DNA of 64,000 nucleotides from Alphaproteobacteria bacterium (GTDB lineage Bacteria; Pseudomonadota; Alphaproteobacteria; CALKHQ01): NCBI GenBank assembly GCA_965227515.1, contig CBDDFZ010000001.1, positions 1,536,001 to 1,600,000 of the forward strand, read 5' to 3'. Shown piece by piece: positions 19,705 to 30,164 of this stretch (position 1 is its first letter; each line of letters starts with the position of its first letter). The notes under the pieces were generated by a model. It saw only the letters and a program-made list of their open reading frames with translations, ran no database searches and was not told where the DNA came from. The position numbers and the translations under genes were made by a program.

Positions 19705-20751
19705 TCACTGGACCGACGCCAATGCGAACCGGTTGAGAATGACCAGCGGCAGCCAGCTTTGCATGCCGTCGTCGTAGTGCCCGGCCGTGACCACGACGAC
19801 CATATTGGCTGCCGGTACAACGAACAGGCGCTGTCCGCCTAGCCCAATGCCGGCTGCCCACGCGACATCGCGGCCGTGTACCAGCGACCTGCCAAGCCAC
19901 CAATGCAAGCCGTAATAGAACAGCCGGTCGGCCGCGCCGATCTGTGGCGTCAACGCAGTTTCGATCCAGGACGGATCGATCAATTGCCGGTCGCGCCACT
20001 TGCCGCCGGACAGGACGAGTTGACCGACCTTGGCTATGTCGCGCGCCCGCAACCGCAGCCCGCCGGATGGCGACGGCGCGCCATCGTCGTAGCGTGCCCA
20101 TTCGACCTGGCGAATGCCCAGGGGCGCGAATAGTGCGGTCGCGGCGAACCGGTCCAATGGCTCACCGGTCGCTTGCGCCAGCAAGACGCCCAGCATCTCC
20201 GTGCAGCCGCCGGAATAGTTCCACACCTCTCCGGGCGCGGCGGCCATGGGCGACCCCAGCACGGTGCGGACCCGGTCTTCCGACCGCCACAGCCGCATCT
20301 CGCCGTTTGCCGGGTCGCTGATCGGCACATTTTCGTCCCACGCCAAACCCGTCGACATGGTCAGCAGGTGGCGGACCAGGATTCGGTCCTTCTCCGGCGA
20401 CCGCAGATCGGCAACGTCTGGGAGGTGATCCAGGACCGTTTCGTCGAGGCTCGGCGCAGTGCCGGTGCCGACTGCCTGGCCGTACAAAAGACCCGTGACG
20501 CACTTGGTCACCGAGCGCATGTCGTGCAGCGTGTCGGGCCCGTGTTGCACCGGGCCCGGGTCGGCACCCCATCGCTGGTCATGGCCGGTCCGATAATGCT
20601 CGAACGCCAGCACGCCGTTTCGCGCAACCAGAACGGCATGGATATTGGAGCCGGGCAAGTCGTCCAACCACGCGGGGAGCGTGTTCAGCACATTCGAATT
20701 GAGCCCGCCGTCGGCCGGCGAACCGATGGGCCAGTCGTCAGCTGGCGGCAT
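19705..20751 (-). CDS. Serine hydrolase, beta-lactamase class C-like
   Basis: SVTK (SxxK), HLLTMSTG, WNYSG, YGLHWW, GLGGQ. Confidence 0.88.
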   Translation of the reverse strand: MPPADDWPIGSPADGGLNSNVLNTLPAWLDDLPGSNIHAVLVARNGVLAFEHYRTGHDQRWGADPGPVQHGPDTLHDMRSVTKCVTGLLYGQAVGTGTAPSLDETVLDHLPDVADLRSPEKDRILVRHLLTMSTGLAWDENVPISDPANGEMRLWRSEDRVRTVLGSPMAAAPGEVWNYSGGCTEMLGVLLAQATGEPLDRFAATALFAPLGIRQVEWARYDDGAPSPSGGLRLRARDIAKVGQLVLSGGKWRDRQLIDPSWIETALTPQIGAADRLFYYGLHWWLGRSLVHGRDVAWAAGIGLGGQRLFVVPAANMVVVVTAGHYDDGMQSWLPLVILNRFALASVQ

Positions 20752-20911
20752 TGCGTGGTCCCCGCGATCCTGGCTTGGCTGGCGCGCGTTCGGCGCGTGC
20801 CGGATCGGCCAATGATTGCACGACGGACTGTCGCAAAGGTTGCGACAAATCACACGCGAACGAGATCAGATGTGCTGGTGTTCCAAGTCGGATTCGAGAG
20901 CCGACTGCGGA

Positions 20912-21253
20912 TTAGGTCGTGTTGGCTTCGCGGTGGCGGCGTTCGGCGCCGCTGATCCGCATGTCCAGTGAACCGGCCGCGTCGAGTGCCGCCTGGGCCA
21001 CCGTTGCGGCCTGCTCGGCAAGCGCGCCGGCCGCCAGACCATCGGAGTTGCGGGCCATTTCCAGGTCCATGTCCAGGATGATCGCGCTCAGCCGCTCGGC
21101 CTCGGACGCCAGCAGCATTGCCACATCGCTGTCCGCGGCACCGCTGTCGTCGATCTCCGTGATCGCGACGTCCAACGCCTTCTTCAGCTCGCTCAGTCCG
21201 GCCATCTCGGTCCCGCATGGTTCAGCCGCGCACGGTTGCTGGCGGCTGAACAT
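20912..21253 (-). CDS. Hypothetical helical protein
   Basis: ORF with host-like codon usage; no recognised motif. Confidence 0.4.
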   Translation of the reverse strand: MFSRQQPCAAEPCGTEMAGLSELKKALDVAITEIDDSGAADSDVAMLLASEAERLSAIILDMDLEMARNSDGLAAGALAEQAATVAQAALDAAGSLDMRISGAERRHREANTT

Positions 21254-21420
21254 GATGTATCGCCAGATACTTAATCGTTCCTGAACGGGCCGGCAACCGG
21301 CCAGGTACCTGGCGAGGCTGGAAGGGGCGGATCGGCGCGCTTTATGGTCGTTCGCGAACGATCGAAGGCTGCGCGCGCAGGCGGCGAAAGACGCCGCGCT
21401 TTTTTGGGGAGGGGACAGCA

Positions 21421-22785
21421 ATGGACACGGTCAAATACGTTCTCGACGAGAGCCAGATACCGACGCACTGGTACAACGTCGTGGCCGACCTGCCGGCGCC
21501 ACCGCCGCCGCCATTGCATCCGGGCACCAAGGAGCCGGTGACGCCGGACCTGCTGGAACCGCTGTTCCCGATGGACCTGATCATGCAGGAGGTCTCGGCG
21601 GAGCGCGAGATCGAGATCCCGGGGCCGGTGCGCGATATCTACCGCCAGTGGCGGCCGACGCCGCTCTACCGGGCCCGCCGGCTGGAGGCTGAGCTGCAGA
21701 CCCCGGCCAAGATCTACTACAAGTACGAAGGCGTCAGCCCGACTGGCAGCCACAAGCCGAACACGGCGGTGCCGCAGGCGTTCTACAACGCCGAGGCCGG
21801 CATCAAGAAGATCTCGACCGAGACCGGCGCCGGCCAGTGGGGCTCGTCACTGGCGTTCGCGGGCGCGCTGTTCGGCATCCAGGTCGACGTGTTCATGGTC
21901 AAGGTGAGCTTCCAGCAGAAGCCCTATCGCAAGGCGATGATGGAGGCGTTCGGCGCGCGTTGCGTGGCCAGCCCGTCGGAGGAGACCGACAGCGGGCGTG
22001 CGATCCTGGCCGAGCATCCGCACTCCACCGGCAGCCTGGGGATCGCGATTTCAGAGGCGGTGGAGGTCGCGGCGAAGAACGACGACACCAAATATGCGCT
22101 GGGCAGCGTGCTGAACCACGTGCTGCTGCACCAGACCGTGATCGGCCAGGAAGCGATGACGCAGATGGAGATGGCCGGCGACGGACCGGACATCGTGATC
22201 GGCTGCACCGGCGGCGGGTCCAACTTCGCCGGGCTCAGCTTCCCGTTCATCGGCATGAAGGCGCGCGACGGCGCCAACATCCGGGTCATCGCGGTCGAGC
22301 CGTCGGCCTGCCCCTCGCTGACCCGCGGCAAGTACGCCTACGATTTCGGCGACACCGGGCACCTGACCCCGCTGGTGAAGATGCACACGCTGGGCTCCAC
22401 TTTCGTGCCGCCGGGGTTCCACGCCGGGGGGCTGCGCTATCACGGCATGGCGCCGCTGATCAGCCACATCATGGACCTCGGCCTGATCGAGGCGCGAGCC
22501 TACCACCAGACCGAGTGCTTCGCGGCCGGCGTCCAGTTCGCGCGGGCCGAGGGCATTCTGCCGGCGCCAGAAGCGAACCATGCGGTCAAGGCGACCATCG
22601 ACGAGGCGGTGCGCTGCCGCGAGGAGGGGCGGGGCCAAACCATCCTGGTCAATCTGTGCGGCCACGGCCATTTCGACATGGCGGCCTATTCGGACTATTT
22701 CGCCGGCAAGCTGGAGGACCGCGACTACGACGAGGGCGAACTGGCGATGGCGCTGGCCGGATTGCCGTCGGTGGCGGCGGAGTAG
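21421..22785 (+). CDS. trpB2: TrpB2-type tryptophan synthase beta chain
   Basis: [31 protein letters not shown]; stand-alone gene. Confidence 0.93.
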   Translation: MDTVKYVLDESQIPTHWYNVVADLPAPPPPPLHPGTKEPVTPDLLEPLFPMDLIMQEVSAEREIEIPGPVRDIYRQWRPTPLYRARRLEAELQTPAKIYYKYEGVSPTGSHKPNTAVPQAFYNAEAGIKKISTETGAGQWGSSLAFAGALFGIQVDVFMVKVSFQQKPYRKAMMEAFGARCVASPSEETDSGRAILAEHPHSTGSLGIAISEAVEVAAKNDDTKYALGSVLNHVLLHQTVIGQEAMTQMEMAGDGPDIVIGCTGGGSNFAGLSFPFIGMKARDGANIRVIAVEPSACPSLTRGKYAYDFGDTGHLTPLVKMHTLGSTFVPPGFHAGGLRYHGMAPLISHIMDLGLIEARAYHQTECFAAGVQFARAEGILPAPEANHAVKATIDEAVRCREEGRGQTILVNLCGHGHFDMAAYSDYFAGKLEDRDYDEGELAMALAGLPSVAAE

Positions 22786-22884
22786 CTGGAGGATGTGATT
22801 CCAGCCGCTCCGGGCGGGTCATATGGGCTGGCCAGTGCCAAATGCGCCAGGCAGCCTCTCCGGCGCCGTCGGTGAGGAGGTTCG

Positions 22885-23541
22885 ATGACCATACAGATAC
22901 GTGGCAACGTTACCGTTTCCAGGCTGCACGACACCACGAATGCCACCGGGAACACGCCGCATCGCGGCGCGCTGGCCGCGATCTACAGCGTCATCACCCG
23001 CAACTGCTGGCTCTTTCACAATGGCGGCACCATTACCGCCGCGTTCGCGGCTGGCGAATACGCCGGCTTCTATGCCTCCTACCGGATGGAGGTGCGCTCG
23101 TGCCATGGCGACGCGGACCTCACGATCGCCGTGAATGACACGAACTATGAGTGCGTCATGCCGATCAACGACGCCCTGTTCCAGGTCAACACGGTGCGGC
23201 AGGCGTGGTGGGACTATGCCAGGAACACGACCACGGCCCATGTCGCGGATCCCGAGGTGAACATGGCGGCGCTTGTGGAGTTCAACTGCGGCACCTTCCT
23301 GGACCCGAATGATCGCTATGCAAACCTGCGAAACCAGACGTGCTGGCAGGCGGCACCGGCGCCGGCAGTGGCAAAGATTGCGATGGGTGCCGGGGTAGGC
23401 GCCCTACCGGCGGTCGATGGACCGCGCATCCTGTACTGCATCATCGGCGATTTCTTTGTGTACACGCCCAATCACTATACCGACGGCTACATCGTGATCG
23501 ACGACCATAACGATCTGTTTCAGACCCGGCATTTCTACTAG
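22885..23541 (+). CDS. Hypothetical protein with barnase-like C-terminal motif
   Basis: good RBS (aggagg); RILY...YTPNHY resembles barnase RILY...KTTDHY. Confidence 0.5.
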   Translation: MTIQIRGNVTVSRLHDTTNATGNTPHRGALAAIYSVITRNCWLFHNGGTITAAFAAGEYAGFYASYRMEVRSCHGDADLTIAVNDTNYECVMPINDALFQVNTVRQAWWDYARNTTTAHVADPEVNMAALVEFNCGTFLDPNDRYANLRNQTCWQAAPAPAVAKIAMGAGVGALPAVDGPRILYCIIGDFFVYTPNHYTDGYIVIDDHNDLFQTRHFY

Positions 23542-23677
23542 CCGCGCCATGCCAGCGGTGCCTGGCGCAGCGTGACGGCCGTCACATCCTGGTTTGCGTG
23601 ACATATGCTGTGATTGAACCTTATCGAGCGGATTCGCGACCCATGGGGAAACACAACGTTCTCCAGGGGATGAACCC

Positions 23678-24052
23678 ATGCGTATCCTTGCTCTTTGTGC
23701 CGCCGTCGGCGCCTCCGCCGCCATCGCTTCCGCCGCGCTCGGCCCGGCGAATGCCGGCAGCTACTCGATGGACTTCGGCAGTGGCCTGGCTCTGAACGAG
23801 GCCCCGCTGGCCCAGCTACCGCTGGTCCAGCCGCTGCCCTGCACCATGGGCGACAACGGCGCCGGTGCCTCGGTCAACATCCACAACACCACCGGCACGG
23901 TCATCGAGCCGGGCAGCGAGATCCACTGGCAGGTCGAGAACGGCCCCAGCGGCAACGTCGTGATCGGCCTGCTGGCGCTTTATGCCGGCCAGACCCTCAA
24001 CGTCGGCACCGCGCCGGTGGTCGCCACCTGCTCTGCCTGGGTGGCGAATTAG
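23678..24052 (+). CDS. Secreted hypothetical protein
   Basis: signal peptide ending ANA, two Cys, beta-rich. Confidence 0.65.
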   Translation: MRILALCAAVGASAAIASAALGPANAGSYSMDFGSGLALNEAPLAQLPLVQPLPCTMGDNGAGASVNIHNTTGTVIEPGSEIHWQVENGPSGNVVIGLLALYAGQTLNVGTAPVVATCSAWVAN

Positions 24053-24099
24053 GCGGCACTGTCTCGGCCGTCGTCAACTCGGCCGTCCCAATACAACAG

Positions 24100-24282
24100 C
24101 TTGTCGTCCTCGCCCTTGTGGCGAGGACCCATGTTTGGCCGATACGCCAAGAGAGTCGTGAGAAGCGACGATTTGTGTGGCGGTCAGCCAGCCTGTGCAA
24201 CTGCCCGCACATCGCGCGTGACGCGCGGTCATTGGAGCACGGCCTTTGAATAGGCCCTCGCCACAAGGGCGAGGGCGACAAG
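24100..24282. repeat. REP-like inverted pair, family A
   Basis: cttgtcgtcctcgcccttgtggcgagg ... cctcgccacaagggcgagggcgacaag. Confidence 0.8.
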
Positions 24283-24314
24283 ATTGTAGGTGCCGGGGGT
24301 TATGCCGACGCACC

Positions 24315-25349
24315 TCACACCTCGGCCGCGCGGCCGTCCTTCGACGATGCGACCAGCGCATCGATCAGCCGGTGCACGTTCAGCGCCTCGCGGCCGGTGA
24401 TGCGCGGAGCGCCGCCGCTCTGCACCGCATCGGCGAAATCGGCGATCAGCGCCATGTGCCAGTCGTGCGGGAACGCCATCGGGTCGGCGCCGCCGCCGGT
24501 GGCGGTGTCATCGTCGCCCTTGTGCTCCTCGCGCCCGTCGCGCCAGGTCACGCTCAGCTCGCCGCCGTTCAGCCGCGCGCTGGCATTCTCGAAATCGAGC
24601 GACAGGCTCTCCACCCGGCCCGGATAGCCTGCAGTGGTGGCGACCACGCTGCCGACCGCACCGCTGGCGAACCGCAACCCGCCGGCGACGAAATCCTCGC
24701 TCTCCATCTCATGCAATGCCGTCGTGGCGGTGACCGCCTGCACCTCGGCCACCGGCCCGGTCAGGCTCAGCATCAGGTCCATGGCGTGGATCGCCTGGCT
24801 GATCAGCACGCCGCCGCCGTCGCGGGCGTAGGTGCCGCGGCCTGGTTCGTCGTAATAGCCCTGCGGGCGCCACCAGGGCACGTCCAGGCGGGCGGCGGCA
24901 AGCTTGCCCATCGCCCCCTCGCGCACCAGCTCGGCCAGCCGTTCGGCGGCAGCGCGAAAGCGGAACTGGAACACGATGCCGAGCTTGACCCCGCGCGCCT
25001 CGCACTGATCGACGATGGCGGTGGCGGCCGCGGTGGTCCGCTCCACCGGCTTTTCCATCAGGATGTGCTTGCCGGCGGCGGAGAAGCGGTCGACCAGATC
25101 GGCGCGTGCGTTCGGCGGGGTCAGGATCAGCACCGCGTCCAGCGCCGGGTCCGCCAGCAGCGCCTCCACGCTGTCGACGGCGGGCAGGCCGTATTCGGCG
25201 GCGAAGGCCGCGCGCCGGTCGGCGGAGCGCGCGAACACGCCGCGCACGTCGATGCGGTCGGCCAGGTCCACCAGCGATTTCGCATGCGGCTTGGAGGCCA
25301 TGCCGAGCCCAATCACGCCAAGCCCGAGTCTTCCGTTCCCTGCCGTCAT
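24315..25349 (-). CDS. Gfo/Idh/MocA oxidoreductase
   Basis: GVIGLG, HILMEKP, GGGVLISQAIH. Confidence 0.9.
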   Translation of the reverse strand: MTAGNGRLGLGVIGLGMASKPHAKSLVDLADRIDVRGVFARSADRRAAFAAEYGLPAVDSVEALLADPALDAVLILTPPNARADLVDRFSAAGKHILMEKPVERTTAAATAIVDQCEARGVKLGIVFQFRFRAAAERLAELVREGAMGKLAAARLDVPWWRPQGYYDEPGRGTYARDGGGVLISQAIHAMDLMLSLTGPVAEVQAVTATTALHEMESEDFVAGGLRFASGAVGSVVATTAGYPGRVESLSLDFENASARLNGGELSVTWRDGREEHKGDDDTATGGGADPMAFPHDWHMALIADFADAVQSGGAPRITGREALNVHRLIDALVASSKDGRAAEV

Positions 25350-26350
25350 GCGATCCCCCTTTGTGTTCTGTTGCCGCGCAAGGCGTCGATGCCGTGCAGC
25401 ACCTCGCCGATCAGCCCGCGCGGCAGGGCGAGCACACTTGCCATGAACAGGGCGCCGATGACCAGCGGCCAATAGACGCCGAGCGCGCTCGACAGCTCGC
25501 TCTCCAGCACCTTCACCGCGATCACGCCGCAGGCGGCGGCAACTAGGCTGGCGCGCCCGCCGAGCGCCACCCAGATCAGCGCCTCCGCCGACAGCGAGAA
25601 GCCGATCAGCGCCGGCGAGGCGAAGCCGAACTGGGCGACGAACAGCGCCCCGCCCAGGCCCGCCACCCCGGCGGAGATGGCGTAGGCATGCACCTTCATG
25701 GCGCTGACGTTGTAGCCGAGTGCGCGGCATCTCAGCTCGTTGTCGCGCGCCGCCTTCAGCGCCAGGCCGGGCCCGGCGCGCATGTAGAGGTTGAGGCCGA
25801 CGATCACCGCAGCCAGCACCGCCAGCATGATCGCGAACAGCGGGATCGGGTCCCACACGTCCGCGCCCTCGCCATTCAGGCCAAGGTTGATCGGCGGCAC
25901 ACCCATCAGGCCGTTCAGCCCGCCCAGCCAGTCCCAATTGATCGCCAGCCGCTCGAAGATGAAGGCCAGCGCCAGCGTGACGATGCCAAAGAAGGCGCCA
26001 TGCAGACCCTTGCTTGCAAAGAAGAACCAGCCGACGACATAGGCGACGGCGGCGGGGATCAGGATGGCGGCGACCAGCCCGGCCCAAGTCGAGACCAGCC
26101 CCTCCAGCCCCGGCCACATGCCCATTGTGACCGTGCTCATGGCGTATCCGCCGATGCCGAAGAAGACCGCGTGGCCCAGGCTCAGCAGCCCGCAATGGCC
26201 CCAGGCGAAGGCCAGGCTGACCGCGAGCAGGCCATAGGCGAAGTAGATCGCGAACTCGCCGGCCAGCCAGTCCGGGGTCAGGAACGGCATCGCGATCAGC
26301 GCCAGCAGCACGACGGCGCCGAATCCGTCCTCGGTGCGAAGTGTCATCAT
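25346..26350 (-). CDS. Branched-chain/urea ABC permease (LivM/UrtC-like)
   Basis: GLLSLGHAVFFGIGGY, GGLNG, RDNELR..ALGY, WVALGGR. Confidence 0.88.
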   Translation of the reverse strand: MMTLRTEDGFGAVVLLALIAMPFLTPDWLAGEFAIYFAYGLLAVSLAFAWGHCGLLSLGHAVFFGIGGYAMSTVTMGMWPGLEGLVSTWAGLVAAILIPAAVAYVVGWFFFASKGLHGAFFGIVTLALAFIFERLAINWDWLGGLNGLMGVPPINLGLNGEGADVWDPIPLFAIMLAVLAAVIVGLNLYMRAGPGLALKAARDNELRCRALGYNVSAMKVHAYAISAGVAGLGGALFVAQFGFASPALIGFSLSAEALIWVALGGRASLVAAACGVIAVKVLESELSSALGVYWPLVIGALFMASVLALPRGLIGEVLHGIDALRGNRTQRGIA

Positions 26351-26387
26351 AGCGCGGCCCTGATCAAGATCAGTCCGCGCGAATTCC

Positions 26388-26471
26388 GCGCCAGCCCACT
26401 CCCCCACCCGGCCGCCCAACGAGAGTATCCTGCCTGGGTGGCCGGGAGGGGGAGTGGGCCGGTGCCGACTT
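26388..26471. repeat. REP-like long hairpin, family D
   Basis: near-identical copy at 62050-62132. Confidence 0.85.
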
Positions 26472-26480
26472 TATTGGTCA

Positions 26481-27344
26481 TCAAACAGCGCGCTGACGGC
26501 GGGAGACGATGCCGCGCGGGAACAGGCGGATCACCACGATGGCGGTGACGAACACCACCAGTTGCGCCCACACCGGCGAGTAGAACACCTGGGTCAAATT
26601 GTCGACCACGCCCACGGTGGTGGCGCCGGCCAGCGGCCCAACGATGGTGCCCAGCCCGCCGACCAGGATCGACAGGAACGCCGGCACCAGGAAGCCGATG
26701 CCGGCCTGCGGGTCGATGGAGATCATCGGCGCCAGTGCGGCCCCGGCCAGCCCGGCCAGCCCGCAGCCGAGCGCGAACGTCATCCGGTCGAGCGCGCGGG
26801 TGTTGATGCCCAGGCACGAGGCCATGGCGCGGTTATGGATCACCGCGCGCGCGGCCAGCCCCATGCGGGTGCGGAAGAACAGCCAGAACGTGGCCGCGAT
26901 CGCCACCGCGCTGATCACCATCAGGATCAGGCGGAACACCGGGTATTCGGCGCCGAACAGCTCCACCGACGCGTCGGTCGGCGTGGTCACCGAGTGCGAG
27001 CCCGGCCCGTAGGCGATGACCGCGAACTGGCGCAGGAACAGGCTCAAGCCCCAGGTCGCCAGGATGGTGTCGAACACGCGGGCATAGATGTGGCGGACCA
27101 GCAGTTCCTCCACCAACAGCCCGACCAGCGCGACCGCGAATGGCGCCACGATCAGCCCCAGCCAGTAGCCGCCGCCCATGGTGTCAACCGTCAGCACGAC
27201 ATAGGCGCCCAGCATCATGAACTCGCCATGCGCCAGGTTGATGACGTTCATCAGACCGAAAATGATGGCGAGCCCCAGCGCCACCATGATCAGGATCAGG
27301 GTGTAGTTGGCGCAGTCGAGCAGGAAGATCGCGACGTGGTCCAT
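26481..27344 (-). CDS. Branched-chain/urea ABC permease (LivH/UrtB-like)
   Basis: LGLAIIFGLMNVINLAHGEF, LATWG, VGGLG. Confidence 0.9.
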   Translation of the reverse strand: MDHVAIFLLDCANYTLILIMVALGLAIIFGLMNVINLAHGEFMMLGAYVVLTVDTMGGGYWLGLIVAPFAVALVGLLVEELLVRHIYARVFDTILATWGLSLFLRQFAVIAYGPGSHSVTTPTDASVELFGAEYPVFRLILMVISAVAIAATFWLFFRTRMGLAARAVIHNRAMASCLGINTRALDRMTFALGCGLAGLAGAALAPMISIDPQAGIGFLVPAFLSILVGGLGTIVGPLAGATTVGVVDNLTQVFYSPVWAQLVVFVTAIVVIRLFPRGIVSRRQRAV

Positions 27345-27452
27345 CGCGCGCGGTTATAGCGCATTTCCGGCAACCGCTCGCGGTGGGAGTGGGGACCGCT
27401 CATTCGTCTTGTCATACTCGACTGGCGACATGTGCGTTTGCGCGTTTCTGTT

Positions 27453-27674
27453 CCCTCTCCCCGCCGCGTAGCGGTGTGGGAGAGGAAGGGGCCCAGCCGC
27501 AGGCTGGGAAGGTGAGGGGAGCGGCGCAAGGGGTCAGGAGCGCACGACGCAACGGCAAGGGTATGATGTTCTTGTCCGCCAATCGGTGAACTCGCATCCA
27601 CGGTAGCCCAGGCCCTCACCCTCCCACAAACCTGCGGTTTGCGGGCCCCTCCCTCTCCCGAAATGCGAGAGGGG
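27453..27674. repeat. REP-like inverted pair, family E (CCCTCTCCC...GGGAGAGG...GGTGAGGG)
   Basis: arms at 27453-27520 and 27613-27674. Confidence 0.7.
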
Positions 27675-27757
27675 TTGCGACACGATGCGTCGAATACACT
27701 CAGGATGCGCTGGTCAACGACGACAATGGTGTGAAGTCAGGCGCGGGTGAAGAACCC

Positions 27758-29893
27758 TTACCGCGTCCAGGCCGCCACGGCGTCGCGGCCGCCACGGTTT
27801 TCCATGTAGTTGACCAGCGCGCTGACGGCGGCGCGGTCGAACGCATGGTCGATGCCGGCGGTGATCTGGGCCAGCGCCTCGTCGATGGTCTTGCCGGCGC
27901 GGTGGGCGCGCGGGCTGACCATCGCGACGAAGGCATTGGCCACCGCCACGATGCGTGCTGCCGGCAGGATGGCGTCGCCGCGCAGGCCCTGCGGCAGGCC
28001 GGTGCCGTCGACGTGCTCCAGCGCCTGGCGCACGGTCTCCACCACCGGGCCGCGGAACTCGACGCCCTCGATGAAGCGGGCGCTGGCCATGATGCCCTCG
28101 CGGATCTGGCGGATCTCCTCCGGGCCCAGGTCGCGCTCCAGGGTCAACAGCTCGGACGGCACCATGATCTTGCCGAGGTTGAGCAGGCGGCCGGCGTAGG
28201 CCGCGGTCTCGACGGTGGTGTCGTCGGCGCCCATCTCCTTGGCGATCGCTTCCGCGACGTGGCCGACATGGACCGAGTGGCGGGCGGCATGGGGGTCGCG
28301 CGCGTCGATCACGGTGACCAGGGTCTCGACCAGACCGTCGAGGATGCGCTCGTTGCGCTCGCGCTCGGCCATCGCCTCGCTGATGTCTTCCTCCACCGTC
28401 AGCACGGCGCCCGGCCAGTTCGGCAGCATCGCGCCCATGGGGATATGCGCGGCCTGGTAGGTGCGGGTCTCGTCGTCCAGCACCACCTCGCGGATGGTGG
28501 TGACCACGGCGTTGGCCTCGCGGGCCTCGTCATGATGCAGTGCCAGCGCGCGCGCCTGGGCCGCCCCGAACAGGCGCGACATCGGGGCGCCGACGATGTC
28601 GGCGATCGAGGACTTCAGGCGCGTGGCCAGGGTGGCGTTGGCGAACTGGAACTGGCCCTGCTCGTCGGCGACGAACATCGACGAGGGCTGGGCATCGGTC
28701 ACCAGGCGCAGGAACCGCTCCTGCTGAGCTAGCCTGTCGGTGGTGGCCTGCAGGCGGTCCAGGGCGTGGGCCGTGCGTTGGGAGGCGCCATGGCGCCACA
28801 GCGCGAACATGCACACAGCCGCAATCGCCACCGCCAGCACCAGCAGGATCAGCAGGCGTTGCAGGCGGGCATCGCTGTCTGCCAGCGCCTCGCCGCGGTC
28901 GACCTTGTAGACCAGCGTCCACGGCGCTGCGTTGAGCGCACGGGATATGGCGAGCACGTCGACGCCGCGATAGTCGATGAACTGCCCGAAGGCGCCCGCC
29001 TCGCGAATGGCGGCGGCGGCGGCCAGGTTCTCGGTATCCGCGTCCAGGCCGAGGCCGAGCGGCGGTGTCGTGCTGTCGCCGCCGCCGCGGGTGGGCGACA
29101 GATACTCGACATTGCCATTGGCGGCGCGCACCAGCACCGTCTCCGCGGTCAGGTGCGGATCGCCCGGCTGGCGCAGCATGGAGAACACGGCCTCGTCCAG
29201 CGGCCGCAGCCCGAGCACGTAGCCGACGACGTTGTCGAGCGAGGCATCGGACTGCAGGCGAATGACCGGCGCGATGAAGCCGAACGCCACCGTGTCGTCG
29301 CTCAGTGTCAAGGCATCGACGAAGCGGGGCTCGACGAACGCGCCGTCGGCCAGCATCGGGGCCACGATCTGGGCGGGATCTCCCATCTCGCGGGTGGTGG
29401 TGACGATGTGCCCTTCCGCATCCAGCACCGCGATGCCGATCGGCGCGCGGCCCGGCACGTTGGCCTCGAAATCGAACGCCGAGGCGCGCACGAAACCGGC
29501 GCGCTCCGCCACCGATTCCAGGTAGTTGCGCAGGTAGGCGGCCTGGCCGTCGAAGTCGGCGATCTGGCTGCGGTCGCCGTTCACGTCCTCCAACTGGCTG
29601 AACAGCAGGGCGACAGAGGGGTTGTGCGCGATCTGGGCGATCTCGTCGCCTTCCTCGGCCAGCCACTGGTCGACGTCATGGGCGCGGCCGTCGGCCACCA
29701 GCGCCAGCCGGGCCTGCCAGCCCAGCAGGTCATGCTCGGCCTGGTCGCTGACGAACTGGATCGCCGCCGCCACGCCGGCCACCGCCACGATAACCAGCAG
29801 CAGCATCACGACGGCAACCTTGGTCCGTGCGCTCTTGCCGCCGCGGCGTTCCACGTCCGTCATCCACCCGTCCGCATGCGCCATTTCAGCCAT
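27758..29893 (-). CDS. Membrane Cache-PAS-HD-GYP protein with degenerate active site
   Basis: 2 TM helices flanking a periplasmic domain, PAS, HD-GYP fold with LLNLGK (no HD), ALE (no HHE), GLP. Confidence 0.82.
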   Translation of the reverse strand: MAEMAHADGWMTDVERRGGKSARTKVAVVMLLLVIVAVAGVAAAIQFVSDQAEHDLLGWQARLALVADGRAHDVDQWLAEEGDEIAQIAHNPSVALLFSQLEDVNGDRSQIADFDGQAAYLRNYLESVAERAGFVRASAFDFEANVPGRAPIGIAVLDAEGHIVTTTREMGDPAQIVAPMLADGAFVEPRFVDALTLSDDTVAFGFIAPVIRLQSDASLDNVVGYVLGLRPLDEAVFSMLRQPGDPHLTAETVLVRAANGNVEYLSPTRGGGDSTTPPLGLGLDADTENLAAAAAIREAGAFGQFIDYRGVDVLAISRALNAAPWTLVYKVDRGEALADSDARLQRLLILLVLAVAIAAVCMFALWRHGASQRTAHALDRLQATTDRLAQQERFLRLVTDAQPSSMFVADEQGQFQFANATLATRLKSSIADIVGAPMSRLFGAAQARALALHHDEAREANAVVTTIREVVLDDETRTYQAAHIPMGAMLPNWPGAVLTVEEDISEAMAERERNERILDGLVETLVTVIDARDPHAARHSVHVGHVAEAIAKEMGADDTTVETAAYAGRLLNLGKIMVPSELLTLERDLGPEEIRQIREGIMASARFIEGVEFRGPVVETVRQALEHVDGTGLPQGLRGDAILPAARIVAVANAFVAMVSPRAHRAGKTIDEALAQITAGIDHAFDRAAVSALVNYMENRGGRDAVAAWTR

Positions 29894-30164
29894 TCACCAT
29901 TGCCCATCTTTAATGTTTGTTTGAAGAAAATCTAAGCCGATTTGGTTAAGCAATGCCCAATGCAAGTAACCCGCCGCGCGCTCGGGCATCACGTCTGTGT
30001 CACGTGTCGTAATCCTCAAGCCGTTGTTAAGGATCAACGCGTCATGCTGAGGCTTGGCGCGCGGAACAGCCGGATCGGCTCCGACATGCCAGGCGGGCAT
30101 GGGCGGGGCCACTGTGATTCCGGCCGCGCCGCGCAACCGAATCCGCACTGTCAGGTAGGACCAA

